Below, in pieces: positions 26,208 through 39,277 of a stretch of DNA of 64,000 bases. Origin of the DNA: Octopus vulgaris (Eukaryota). The notes beneath the pieces are model-generated. The model was not told where the DNA came from. It searched no databases and worked only from the letters and a program-made list of their open reading frames with translations. The stretch covers positions 5,270,001-5,334,000 of the forward strand of contig OX597817.1 of the NCBI GenBank assembly GCA_951406725.2, read 5' to 3'. Numbering within the stretch: position 1 is the first letter of the stretch; each line of letters opens with the position of its first letter. The position numbers were made by a program, and so were the translations under genes.

Positions 26208-27804
26208 AAAATAATTAAAAGAGTACGGTTATGTAACAGAAAGTTATACGTGGAAGGATAAGATGTGCTTTGATCGTAGTTAATTCATGATTAACATATA
26301 GCTAAAAATCAATAACATCATCAACAATAATAGTAACAACTACAACAGCGACTATAACTAAAACGATAATATATTTGCTTCAATAACAACAATGTCAGCA
26401 GTCGTACCGTCTTCGTCGCCAGTAACAAAACTATTGTCAGATGTATTCCAGTCATAACAATTCCATCTTCTTCCAATAAATAGAATACCAGGAACCACAT
26501 TAGCCAGCGCTTTCGTCTTTTTGAAAATTCGGTGAGACTTAGGTGCTATTTCTAACAAATCGTGTAATCGCGTACAAATTCCTGCCGCGAGTCGACGGCA
26601 ATAATAATAGAATGTCTGAAATAACATATGCAGAGCAGCAGCAACGAAAACAACAACAGCAGCAACAGTAGTAACAACAACAACAACAACAACACTACAA
26701 ACAGCAAGATTGAAGACAACTAAAATCGTGTTAGCAACCATGAGAAACTGGTGTAAGCATAGAAACAGAGTCACTGTATAGAAAGGTCTTAGACAGTTCA
26801 TACGTTAGTGTGGACATTTCAAGCCGAGACTAAAGGCTGGAGATCAAATGTCAGAGGTCAGACTGTTATCATGAAAGCAAAAATACCAACTACACTCCAG
26901 ACATTGTATTTATTAAATGTCTTGCTCTGTTTTTTCTTCTACTTAACTATTAAATATTTCATGACAATAGATGATGGCTTAGCAAAAATGAAAGATCTAA
27001 AAAACAAATGGTATTACAGTAACTCTAAGTATTGAATATTTAGCTTTAAATTTCTATTTCCTGAGTTCAAACACAAGAGTTTTTTATCCAAAGAAGAAAA
27101 TTTTACTCTAGCCTCCCAGAAATGATCTTATCAATTAATTATAAAACGATAGATCAATAATAGAAACACTCTTTATAATAAAACTTAAAAATATACCATT
27201 TACTGATAAAATGGATATTTAGTGATATCTTGAATATGATGTTACTACTTTTACCCACCTTCTGTAACAAGACATATTTATAATACTATACCTTAAATAC
27301 TATTGTTAATATGACCCCTGTTAAGGGTTTACTAGTATGTCATTGAAGTGTCTTGATTTAAGAATTAATTATTTTCTTTCCTAAAAGTTACGATATAATT
27401 TGAAGGCATTTTTACTGATAATTTTAACATGAACGTATGGTTCATCAGAAGTCTGCTTGTTGGCCCATGTGGATACCTTTATCTTCGTGCTATATTCGAC
27501 TTCCAGTTGGTAAAAAGGTACTACATGTATGATTTAGCTATAGCCCGTGTATATAACAAATATATTTCCAAATCATGTATGCATGTGAATGCACTTGCGA
27601 ATGCTTTGGAGTACACACGTGTGTGTATCATAGCTTACGGGTCATGTGTGTGGGAGGGAGTTACGTGCTAGGGTCAAGAATGAGTACAAGCTGATGAACA
27701 TAACTGAACGTGAAAGGTCATGCGATTGACACTATCAGTCACAGATGGGGAAAAAGGAGATAGTAATCTGTAATATATACAATTATAAACACACATTCAC
27801 GTAA

Positions 27805-27859
<55 letters not shown>

Positions 27860-28360
27860 CGTGTGTATCTATACGTATAGACATATATACACATGAACGC
27901 AGATATATATGTATATACGTTTTGTGTAGGATGTACATGCATGAGTGAGAGTATGTCTGTATGTGTATGAGTGTGTGAATGATGTGCATGTGTGGGTGAG
28001 GCTCTGTGTGTGTGTGTGTGTGTGTGTGTAGTATCGTTAGATAAATCTACAGATATATGATATTGTCTGCTATATTGATCTTCAAACTGGGAGGGTTAAA
28101 TTTTGTCATGTGCACTACCCCATCCCAAATGACGATGCTTGAATGTGTGTATGTGTGTGTGTATGTGTGTTTGTGTGTGTACGTACGTGCGTGAAGCCCT
28201 CCAATGTTGGTAAGGATGATAGAGTTTTAGTCTAGCATAAATTTCTTGCAGTTCTGTATCCTAAGCACCATCATGTATGTATAAATGTACCTACCCATTC
28301 GTACATACACGCGCGCGTGTTTATAAATATATATGTATACACGCATATATATATAATATA

Positions 28361-28760
28361 CGGGGAAAACGCCCCTGTCCAATGGGAGGTGCTGAGCTGT
28401 CAAACTTTTAAACCACATTTTCTCAAAATAACTTGTCCGACAGTCCCATAGACCTCCCCTTTAAGAAACACTGATTTAACCTAAATTTGAGACACAAGCA
28501 ACATATGAAATAAAGATAGACTTCTTTCTATTCCAAGTGAAACGAATGCGATCGATAAAGCCGTGGGAACGTGCAGATGCACGTTCCCACGGCTTTATCG
28601 ATCGCATTCTCACTTGGAATCGAGTTTTGTAATTTTTTCAAGACTTATACACGCCCTGATACCGTCAGTATATACATATCAAATTTGAGCGCAATCGGAT
28701 GGCGGATACTGGAGATCCTAGAAGATACACACACAGACAGAACGGATTTTATATAATAGA
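28361..28760 (-). mobile_element. Truncated non-autonomous Helitron-like 5' portion containing a long palindrome
   Basis: Minus strand begins TCTATTATATAAAA (Helitron-type TC 5' end); no CTRR 3' end found. Confidence 0.5.
28530..28620. repeat. Near-perfect palindrome (32-bp perfect arms plus 11-bp extension)
   Basis: gaatgcgatcgataaagccgtgggaacgtgca (28544-28575), loop ga, tgcacgttcccacggctttatcgatcgcattc (28578-28609); attccaagtga/tcacttggaat outside a 3-nt bulge. Confidence 0.95.
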
Positions 28761-29153
28761 CTAGCAGTATCGCCCGGCGTTGCTCGGGTTTGTAAGGGAA
28801 ATAACTATATTAGCATTTTTAGAGAGTTATAGCCAAAAAATAGCAAAGAAAATGCATTAAAAATGGAAAAAATGATGGCAAATTATTTTTTTAAATCGTT
28901 TACTCATCGTAGACATTTTTAGATAGTTACTTCCCTTATATAATAGCGAAAAAATGCATTAAAATGGAAAAAAATGATGGTAATTTTTTTTAAATCGTAG
29001 ACTCATCGTAGACGCGCGCTAATACCCAGAAGGGCTCGATATAAATCACGACTATAAGATACCCGGTCTTGGTTAAACTGCACCGCAAAATGTGGGAGTA
29101 GTTATCTAAATCGTAGGAGATAGACAGCACAACCTCTCTTTTATATATAAAGA
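28761..29153 (-). mobile_element. Non-autonomous Helitron
   Basis: Minus strand A|TCTTTATATATAA...cccgagcaacgccgggcgatactgCTAG|T: TC start, subterminal GC hairpin, CTAG end, AT target, no TSD. Second copy at 44663-45059. Confidence 0.88.
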
Positions 29154-30483
29154 TATACACGCACACATACACTCACACACACTTACATACACACACACAC
29201 ACTTACATACACACACACATATATGTATGTATGTATATATATATAAGCATGTATGTATATATTCACACAGAAATGCGTATATTTCGAGCTTCTTTTCCTC
29301 GTGTATAGGCGTTTCCACTTTCATGCTTCAATATTACTGAATGCAGGAAATGTTTCACTCACGTATCATTGTGTACAAAGTAAATGTGGTGGTGTACATT
29401 TTTTATCAGAATTGCTTTTTATTTATAGTTAAATGTATATACTCATTTATGCACTCACTCAAGCATCCACAAATAAACCGACCTGACATTTATATGCATA
29501 TATAATATATGCAAATTTCTAGGCTATAAATTTGTTCTACTGTTTTTGTATGTATTAATACTCTCCCTACAGGAGATAAGTAGGGAAATTATTTACACTT
29601 TCAGGTTTGTCAATTGTGCTGATGTCGGTTATTGAGACAGAAACGTGTTCAAAACAGTCCCCTTATCTTTCGACTATAAGTCTGTCCTTTATGTTAATAA
29701 CATGTCTACTTTGGAACATTCTTGATTTTTAAAATTGTGTACTCTTCCTTTATGAAGCAGGTCTTAATTGTCATTCGTTAATTATTACATACCTCGTAAA
29801 ATTATAATACATTGTTTAGAGTTCATATTTGTAGGAAGCACCTACCTCGGAGTTTCATTGGCATGGTTATATATTTATTAATAACTACAATTTCACGATG
29901 ATTGAAGCCTATGCTGCATAGGGTTTGAAACTTGGATCCTTAGTAAATTTAATAAATCATTTCTCATATGATGAACTAAATCACACGATGGTGACTATTG
30001 CAGACATCTAACCTAAACCAAATGCTCTAGTATTAGTATATGAAAATGCTCCTAAGATCCAAGGGAAGAAACTCTGACGATGTGTTCGGAAACTCCTCAA
30101 GAAATTGGTTAAATTAATCTACGAGAAATGTTAATCTCAGTCAATTTGAAATTTTATCGAATTTCTTACGTTTACTTCTGAATAGCTGCATCTCCAGGGA
30201 ATTTAAGCCTCTAGCTATAATAATCTTTACAGAATGCAGAACAAAATTCTCTTGTGCTATTTGTTACCATTTATGCTCTGATTTCTAATGCTACCCGAAC
30301 TCCGACTGGTAGAAGAAAAGCGACTTAATTGATCCCATTCCTGTCCCAAACTGGATCACCTCTATCCTAATTTAATAATTTTGAAGGTGCTCTACACATA
30401 TCGCAGAATGAATCGTTGATTACGCTGATGTCAATATTCAACTCTTACTGTTTTTTTCGACACCAAATGGTTACTTTACTTTG

Positions 30484-30890
30484 CAAGCTGGCAGAAGCGT
30501 TAACATGCTGGGCAAAATGCTTAGCGGTATTTCATCCGTCTTTACGTTTTGAGTCCAAATTATGCCGAGGTCTCTTTTCGGGATCGATAAAACAAGTACC
30601 AGTTGACAACTTGGGTCGATATAATCGCCTTATCACCTGCCCTCAGAATCTATTAGCCTTGTGCCAAAATTTGAAATCAATATTCATAATAATAACGGCA
30701 ATGCTTGCAGAATCGTTAGCACGCCGAGCAAAATGATTTGCAGTATTACGTCTGATTTACATTCTGAGTTAAAATTCTTCCCATATCGTCTTGGGCTTCC
30801 ATCTTTCGAGATCGATGGAATATGCATCAGTTGAACACTGTGGTCGATATAATCGATATACCCTCTCCCTTGAACTTACTGGCTTGGTTG
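30484..30890 (+). mobile_element. Two adjacent degenerate SINE family C copies
   Basis: Heads gctggcagaagcgttaacatgctgggcaaaatgc (30487) and gcttgcagaatcgttagcacgccgagcaaaatg (30703), each followed by the gatcgat..ccagttg core. Confidence 0.7.
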
Positions 30891-31029
30891 ATTTCTTTTT
30901 CTGAAAAAAAAACTATCGCGATTGTCGCTTCGGCAATTACTCACAAAATCAAGTGCGCTAATTATTATTGTTATAAATGTGAATTTATAACCTGGATATA
31001 GAGCTGGATGTTTCGAAGCAGTTGTGTAT

Positions 31030-31480
31030 AGTTATCTTCTTCTTCTTTGATTTTCAAATATATATTCACATCAGCAGGACAGCTGTCCGATTTGTCCGTA
31101 CATGTTTTTCTTGTCTGACCCAAACAACAATATCCGGCCTGTTCATAAGTGACAGATGTTTTAATGACAATATTCCACCAGTATTCCTTGTGTTAGTGTT
31201 TGTGTATGTATTCAGTAATATGGGGTTTCTCTATATTCATTCAGTCAGTGTGTTTCCCCGGATGGCTTACCTATTGTTTTTGCGACAAAGTAGTGTCGCA
31301 TATGGAGTTAATAAGTTGACGATACATTAGGGCAGATACAAATCACATCTCCGGTGTCTTCCGCAGAAATATAACATATTCAACATTTTCATTTGCATTT
31401 TGGAGCTGTTCCTTTCCTTTATAAAGCATTTCGTAACAATCTTCATTTTATTAGATTGCAAATACATAGACTTCGAAATG
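31030..31480 (-). mobile_element. R4/Dong-like LINE restriction-like endonuclease remnant
   Basis: Minus-strand EDTGDVICICPNVSSTY*LHMRHYFVAKTI and EYWWNIVIKTSV..NRPDIVVWVRQEK..SCPADVNIYLKIKEEEDNY (PD-x-D/E RLE motif region); homologous to 17500-17790. Confidence 0.72.
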
Positions 31481-31542
31481 TGATGTAATGTAGCGGTCAT
31501 GAACCCGAGAAAAGCTACGTCTGCCTGTCTATCAATCTGTCG

Positions 31543-31603
<61 letters not shown>

Positions 31604-31698
31604 ATCCAAACAAGAAAACACAGAAAAAAACACAGCAACGCGAGGACGTGGAACAATTAAAGTATTATTTGACGCTCAGGAAAGAAGGGGAGGAGGGT

Positions 31699-31731
31699 TT
31701 TAACGTTTCGAGCGGAGCTCTTCGTCGGAAA
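31699..31731 (-). ncRNA. Minimal hammerhead-like variant within a (TA)n-flanked module (31600-31810)
   Basis: Minus strand reads ttt-CCGACGA-a-gagc-tcc-gctc-GAAA-cg-TT-aaa; core deviates (U4C, extra A). Confidence 0.5.
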
Positions 31732-32626
31732 CAAAGGAGAATGAAAGATCCCGAGAAGGGAAGACAGAGGAAAAAAGATTTTTGCTGGTGGTGCTCAAGA
31801 GATCACATGTTATATATATATAAAGAATATGGAGAGTCTGAATGCAGTAAAAGCAATTTATTTACATAAATGTCGATTACATAAGGCCTACGATCGTTTC
31901 GATATCTACCTTCATTTCTTTTTACAATTAAATAGTTGCATTACGAATTTAAAAAGTAGAGATACTTTCAAGGCGAAAAGTGACATATTTCTTTACACAT
32001 TAAGAGATTGAGAATTCATTATAGACTAACATAACATCATGCCATTCTTGTGTGTATGTGTTAGCATTTTCGCTCGAAAATGAATTGCTCCTGTGTGTCT
32101 TTTTTATGTATGTGAGTGTGTCAACTTATTTGTCTTCGGAATTCTGTTCTAAAAATAGCCAAAATATAAAGTTTGACCATAGCAGGACAGTGGTTAGATG
32201 TCGTCCCCGAGAATTTAAGTCATACTACCAATCCCGCCAAAAGAATGTATATTGGATACCTGGATGTCATTTTCCTCCCTACGTACATGCTAATGGAATA
32301 GAAAGATATACAATATATATATTTCTATATTTATTTCAGGATCTATTTATTTTATTTCTATTTATGTAATTAAATTTTGAGAAATTCAATTGATGGTATA
32401 ATTTATCATTTTTATTTTCTAGGTGTATTATTTTCTAGGTGTTTAAGGTTAATATATATTTTTTTTTATTAAACTAATCTGTCTACTTCAAGAGTGATAT
32501 GATTCTCTATGTATCATATGTACAGGGCTCGATCTTAACCAGTGGTTTCTTTCAATCTGTGAGTGAACATTTCACTCTAAGATTTGTACCTGCGTTTAAT
32601 TTAATTTCGTCATAGAATATTTACTG

Positions 32627-33227
32627 GGATCTTTGTGGTTTTGCAATTATCTTTAAAAAAATTTTTAATGTTCCATATTGAGGTAATTTTTGAGGCTGAA
32701 TCCGAATTTGTTACTAATATATTCAAGGAAAACTTTGCAAAAATGTTACAGATACTCAAATGTTGATAATTTTCAGAATTTTTAGCCAATCAGAAAACAG
32801 CACGTTCGTTGCCTTTTCTATCATCAGCTGGGAGGCGGGGGACATCGACATGTAGAAATATTAAACTAGGATTTTATAAAATAAATTATCTTTGTCGGAT
32901 GTCCTTCTTCTCCTTGTAAACATGCGTAGCATTTTTGTTTACTGTGAAAACAGTTCTTCGCACTCAGCCCTGCAAAATGTGGTGCTTCTTTGCTTTAGTT
33001 ACTATAGGAATAGAAATTTTCGCCAAGGTGATATGTAAAATACTCGCTTCTGATTGGCTAAACTACCCAACTTTTGCAAAATTTTAAAGGTTAATAACTT
33101 TTTAATTGTGGATTTATAGGAAAAATGAATTTCATTTTCTAAATTTGTATACAAAACTTTATCCATATGCCAAATTTGACAACAACTGGGACAAAACTGT
33201 AAACAGTGACGAAAATCACAGAGATCC
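32627..33227. mobile_element. GGATC-ended non-autonomous DNA transposon
   Basis: Ends ggatctttgtggtttt / aaaatcacagagatcc; inverted homolog at 52686-53473; TSD decayed (atttactg vs gtttgctc). Confidence 0.75.
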
Positions 33228-33322
33228 GTTTGCTCATATACTCATATAATTTATTAAAATTATTAAATGCACATTTACATACACACTTAATCTCACATAT
33301 TGTTTTTATATCCATACATATT

Positions 33323-33376
<54 letters not shown>

Positions 33377-33719
33377 CATATATATTTCTGTTATGAATTT
33401 GATCTCTCTACCCTATAATTACTTAATACAATTACTAATTTGCTTATTCAGGTATGTCAGCTGATAGTACGGATTATAATTTGTATTCTTCTAATGAGAT
33501 TATTATTTTTAAATCATTCAGTCTAGATATTGGTTTCTTCATATCATGTGTCTTCAATTATATTAATTATTGTTATTTGAAATATATTTGAATAACGTAT
33601 ATTTAATTTACTATTATTTTATTTTAATTATACTTATTAAACGTGTATCTAATTATGTGCAGGCAACAAAATCCTCATTCTCTCTTATTGTTGATTTATT
33701 TCTGCTTGGATGTGATGAT

Positions 33720-34070
33720 CTGGAAAATTTCCTCCACGCAATCAATCATAAATCTTGTCCCCACTGCTATTAGAGTTTTGATCTGGTAATTGTTTCTCAC
33801 TTCAACTTATAGTCCTTATATTTTTCTTGTATCCCCCAAATTAATCTACTAAGGCTAATATTAGCTAATTTTCGTGTCTCTAACGGTGCTGTCATGATTG
33901 GCTATCGTGCTCTTTATATAGTTTTCAGTAGCGCCTATATAGTAGTAATTCTTTCCCTTAGATATTATCTTACATCCATATATTAGACCATTTTCTTTAC
34001 AAAAGTGTCTTAATGAACATCGGTTTAAAATGTTTGCAATCAGAATGTTTATTTTCAACACCTTCCATTG
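33720..34070 (-). mobile_element. Penelope-like GIY-YIG endonuclease remnant
   Basis: Minus strand CSLRHFCKENGLIYGCKIISKGKNYYYIGATENYIKSTIANHDS, then SLSRLIWGIQEKYKDYKLK*ETI. Confidence 0.7.
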
Positions 34071-34219
34071 TTTCCTTTTTAAGGATGTTCTGCCTATTTT
34101 CCCCGTTTACGGGGTTATTTTCATTGTTAATTTCTTCTGTTTTGGGTCTTAACTAGTGGCGCTTCTCCTTGCTCGTTCCATTTCTTATTTGTATTAATGT
34201 CTATATTGTTACTTATATT

Positions 34220-35710
34220 ATGCTCGTTGCTACCATTATTCAAGGCCTCGATGTCAACAAAGGTCACGGCCCTGACGGCATACACCCACGGGTTATCAAA
34301 GCGTTGGCTCCGGTCATCTGCGAGCCCTTAACACGACTATTCAATATGTCATTGGCGACGGGTGTTATACCTGCAGACTGGAGAACAGCGATAATCTGCC
34401 CAATTTTCAAGAAAGGGAGCCGCGAAGACCCGCTTAACTACTGACCGGTTTCCCTTACATCAATTATCAGCAAGATGTTCGAAACCATCCTTAAGAAAAG
34501 TATGATGCTCCACCTCCTAAACACAGCCTCTATCTCTGATTCCCAACACGGCTTCGTGCCGAAGAGATCATGCTTGACCAACCTACTAGTAATGGAAGAA
34601 TTGATGACGCGCATCCTCGATGATAGTGATGCTGTTGACATCGTTTTACTGGACTTTGCCAAAGCTTTTGACTCGGTAAACCACCGCCTATTGCTTGTCA
34701 AGCTTCAAGCATATAGTTTCCATCCGGATATTGTACGATGGGTTGGTGTCTTCCTCTCAGATCGCTCCTTCCAAGTCCAAGTTAATGGTTCGCGGTCCGA
34801 CGTCTCTAGTGCGAGCAGTGGCGTGCCTCAAGGTTCAGTGCTTGGGCCCTTGTTGTTCTTAGTCTTCATAAATGACTTGCCCGACGACCTCACGCAACAC
34901 ACCCTTCTATTTGCCGACGATATCAAACTGGTCGCTCCTCGCGATAATATAGAGGATCTTCGTCGATGCCTCCACCAAATTTGGAAGTGGTCTAACAATT
35001 GGGACCTGTGTCTGAACGTGTCAAAGTGCTGTCATCTACCTGTCGGCTCTACTCCTGCAACTCAACTTGATTTCGAACCGGGTCGTCTGCTGCTGGAGAG
35101 GACCGATCAGGTAAAGGAACTAGGTATCTTGGTGGATTCCTCCTTTTCGCCTTCGGCCCAGTGCGTCCATGCTGCCAACAAAGCACGCGGAATTCTGTTC
35201 TTGATTCGACGGTCATTCGGAATGCTCACAGCAGCCATATTCCTACCACTCTATGTCACGCTAGTGAGACCCATATTGGAGTATGGGATTCAAGCCTCTT
35301 CTCCTTATCTCCTCAAAGACACACAGCATCTCGAAAGAGTCCAGAAGCTGGCTACCCGCATGGTTCATGGTCTCAAAAATTTGTCCTACGAAGAAAGGCT
35401 GAGGACGCTCGACCTTTATTCTCTTGAAAAACGCCGCCGCCGTGGTGATCTCATTCTCGCCCACAACATCATAAGCGGAAAGTGTAACCTCTCGAAAGAG
35501 CTGTTCTTCACTCCTGCTCCAGAGCGTCGGCTGCGGGGTCATTCCGAAAAGCTCTACCTGCGACGATTTCATCTCAATCGAAGGAGAGGAGCTTTCTCCG
35601 TCCGGGTTGCGGATCCGTGGAACAAGCTGCCAGACGAGATGGTGAAGATGCCGACGACCGCTTTGTTCAAAGCCTCCCTGGACCTCAAGTGGCCTGAACT
35701 CTTTACATGA
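34220..35710 (+). pseudogene. LINE ORF2 reverse transcriptase, one in-frame stop
   Basis: KGHGPDGIHP..PIFKKG..NY*PVSLTS (TGA at 34442-34444 where Arg is expected), QHGF, LDFAKAFDSV, SGVPQGSVLGPLLFLVFINDL, LFADD, LYSLEKRRRRGDLI. The two ORF-track segments are in the same frame. Confidence 0.92.
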
Positions 35711-35793
35711 ACACCACCCTGTACTTAACTCCATGTCCCCCTACATGGCCTTGCTATTTGCTTTTGAGCCAAATTAACTAACTAACTAACTAA
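34220..35793 (+). mobile_element. 5'-truncated CR1-like LINE with (TAAC)n tail
   Basis: RT ORF followed by a short 3' UTR and aattaactaactaactaactaa (35772-35793); GC content well above the flanks. Confidence 0.92.
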
Positions 35794-37392
35794 GAGAGAG
35801 AAATAAATTCCAGTAAATTCACCGATATATGGATAAAGAGGGGAACGTTTGGATATGAGACAACCCTGGAAAGAGCAATCCCTTTCATTACAAAACCTGA
35901 AATATGCGTGTATGTGTGTGTGCATGTGTGTGTGTGTGTGTGTAGAAAAGGACAAGGTAGTCAGAATTTTGGATGATTATATATATTTTTATTTACATTT
36001 AGTGCTCTTTTCCGTTTTCAGATTTGTCAAAAAAGTGATTTACATAAGAACAGTCGGCTTCGTCTTTTTATATAAAGTTGAAACTGATAATGATTTAGAA
36101 ATTGAGTGAGAGAGAGAGGTAGGGAGAGAAAGAGGGGGAGAGATGAACGAATTAGTAAGGAAGGTGCAGGTGTGAAAGAGGAGGCGAGAGTGGAAGATAG
36201 AGTAGAGAAGAGAAAAGAACGTAGGAGTGAGTTTGGGGGATTTGTGAAGGAAGAGAAAAGAAAGTAAAAAACGTTTGAGGGGGAGGTAAAGGAGGTGTGG
36301 TTTTTTTATCAGTTTGTTCAAACTTGTTCGGTTGTTGTGTTTTCCCACTAGGTGAACTTTTGGGTGGGGAAGAAATGGAATTTTTGTATTAAAGTAGTCA
36401 AAGTTTTAAATTTTCCAGTAAGAATTGTAATTAAATTTCAGGGTCTTGTTTTTCATTCTTTTTATTCATTAGTGTAAGGATGTGGTCAAAATTTTTCGAT
36501 TACATTTCCAGATATTGTTTTTGATTTAGCCTAGTATGAATATGTTTGTGAAAAAGTGATTTTTTAAAAGAAATTCAGATCATATGTATAATTGAGAAAC
36601 ACCTCCGTGCACTTTAGCTTTTCTCAGATTGTATTTAAAATCATAACTATACTTACTTAGAAATCATTCTTTCAAAAACATAGCCATACAGGGCTAAATC
36701 AAGAACGACCTAGCACCTTCACACATACACAAATGTGTATTTCTTTTGCATGTTTGTGTTTTTAATACATGTATACATACACGTGTGTAATTATATTTCC
36801 CTTGGAAGCGTATTTCATTTACAACCCTATTTATTATCTACTTTTTTTTAATTTTAGATGCAAAGACATTTACATTGGTGTATTCATCTATTGCTTCTTT
36901 CTTTGAATTTGTATTCAGCCATTGATCCCTGAAATCAAATCACAAATAGCTGCATGCTGAGTACGTCTTTTATTTGTGGAGTATACATTATCAGCTTCTT
37001 CTCTGTAGTAGAGTTCAATCTTTCGGCAACCATGAATCATCCTGAAGATTAGCCTATTAGTTTTCGTCCCAGTACGCTTGTATGTACGGGTGTACACCCA
37101 TAAATACGCATATATATAGTTATTTGTATATTTTACATGCATATGGATGTTGATGTAATAAGTATTATATAACCAACAAGATTATGAAACAGTTGTAAAT
37201 GAATGAAATAAACATTATTCTGTCATATCCCTTCTCTATCCGGGCTACAAATGTTTCATAGCGGGTGGAGCCTCAGAAGTGGTAAAAATCCAAGCGCAGT
37301 ATATACCGCCGGCTACTCCTCAGGGAAAGGATATCTAGATTAAATTAAATGTTACATTGTCGTAAGGATGTACATGTTGACGCATGGAAGAT

Positions 37393-37677
37393 TCAGTTAG
37401 AATGTTTAGAGAGCACAGTATCGGAGGAGTATATAAATGTAGTGTCATCTGTATAATGAACTGCTGGATCATAATTGAAAGCTGCTTCATAGGAGTTGCT
37501 TCTCTTAACTGTTGCAACTACTCTTCGTTCTGCAATGGAGATCCTATTCATTGTCAGCCGTGCATACATCTGTTCATCACTTTTAGATGCTCTGGTTTTG
37601 TAGTGCACAGTCTGTTCGTTTCTTGGTTTGCTTCCCTTTCTAAAGCTGTCTCTCTTTCCCTGGACAGAGACATTCAT
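37393..37677 (-). mobile_element. Possible Helitron RepHel N-terminal remnant
   Basis: RASKSDEQMYARLTMNR..AAFNYDPAVHY resembles the Arg-rich repeat plus AAFxYD segment at the N-terminus of animal Helitron ORFs (from memory). Confidence 0.45.
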
Positions 37678-38001
37678 TTGACTGACCTTGACATTATAGA
37701 CAAATTTGACACTTTTCTTCTAGGCATGATTATATACGTATACTGAAATACATGTGTGCAAAAGATAGTAAAGAATGAAAATAACTGACTAACAGAAATT
37801 ATACTTTCTAATACAACGGGCAGAAAGTAAATAAGAAATTTTTACGGAGAATACAGAATTGTACGGGTTGAAGTGAAATTTGTCATTGAACCATAGAGTC
37901 AGTATCAGAGGAACCCCAAAAATTGCCGTTAACAAAATATAAACACTAAACTGTTTCAGAAGTGAATAAAATTTTTTTAGGGAAATTCACTAAGATTTTT
38001 T

Positions 38002-38445
38002 CCTTTTACTTTCCTTTTACTTGTTCAGACATTTGAGTGTGGCCATGCTGGAGCACCGGCTTTAGTCGAACAAATTAACCCTAGGACTTATTCTTTGTAA
38101 ACCTCATACTTGATTTATATCGGTCTTTTGCTGAACCGCTAAGTTAGAGAACATGAACACATCAACATCGGTTGTCATGTGATGATGCGGGGACATGTGT
38201 GTGTGTGTGTATGTGTGTGTGTCTATGTCTGTGTTTGTCCCCGCATCATCACATGACAACCGATGTTGATGTGTTCATGTTCTCTAACTTAGCGGTTCAG
38301 CAAAAGACCGATATAAATCAAGTATGAGGTTTACAAAGAATAAGTCCTAGGGTTAATATGAGTGGCTGTGTGGTAAGTAGCTTACTTACCAGTCACATGG
38401 CTCCGGGTTCAGCCCCACTGTGTGGCACCTTGGGCAAGTGTCTTC

Positions 38446-38486
<41 letters not shown>

Positions 38487-38648
38487 ACGGGCTTTTTTGA
38501 GATTCCGTCTACCAAATCAACTCACAAGGCTTTGGTTGGACCAAAGCTATAGTAGAAGACACTTGCCCAAGGTGCCACACAGTGGGGCTGAACCCGGATC
38601 CATGTGACTGGTAAGTAAGCTACTTACCACACAGCCACTCATACGCCT
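38002..38648 (-). mobile_element. SINE family A carrying an internal double inverted duplication
   Basis: Arms 38074-38195/38236-38357 (122 bp, no mismatch seen) and 38357-38452/38548-38643 (96 bp, 1 mismatch). Confidence 0.9.
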
Positions 38649-39277
38649 ATAAGTGTACGGATTTAAGTGAAATTTTCCAAGGTACTTCTATTAGTAAATT
38701 ATGAATTTAGATTTATCAGTATTTCCGTCAAATAAAAAAAAAGCACAATACGTTTCAAAAGTAAGTAAGAAATTTGTAAGCAAATTTAACGAAGTGTAAA
38801 GATTGAAGTGAAATTTATGGAGTTACTTCTGTCAGTAAAATATATATGAAATTACCTTCATCAGTAATTGTGATCTTCTTTCTGTCAGTAATTTGTCGTT
38901 GTTGTTTGTAAACAGCGGTTGGAAACTTACAGTGAAAACAATAGCGATTGAACTTAAAGTGAAAACAATAACATCTGAAAAATGAAAATGAAAACAATAG
39001 AGAGCGAGTGAGATATAGAGAGAGGGAGAGAGAGAGCTTGGTAGTTAGACAAATAAGATAGATATAGATATATAGTTACAGAGATATGGATAGATATAGC
39101 AATAGAGGGTGATGGATAGACACTTATAGAGTGACATGGGATTGTCTATCTTAAGTAAGTTTATGTGTTTCCTACACATGGTTAGGCAGAAACTGGATAA
39201 TTGCATAGTACAAACACGGTATCTTTCCAGGTTTCTAATCCCTATTTCTTTACGTTATGTATATTAATCAAAGAAAT

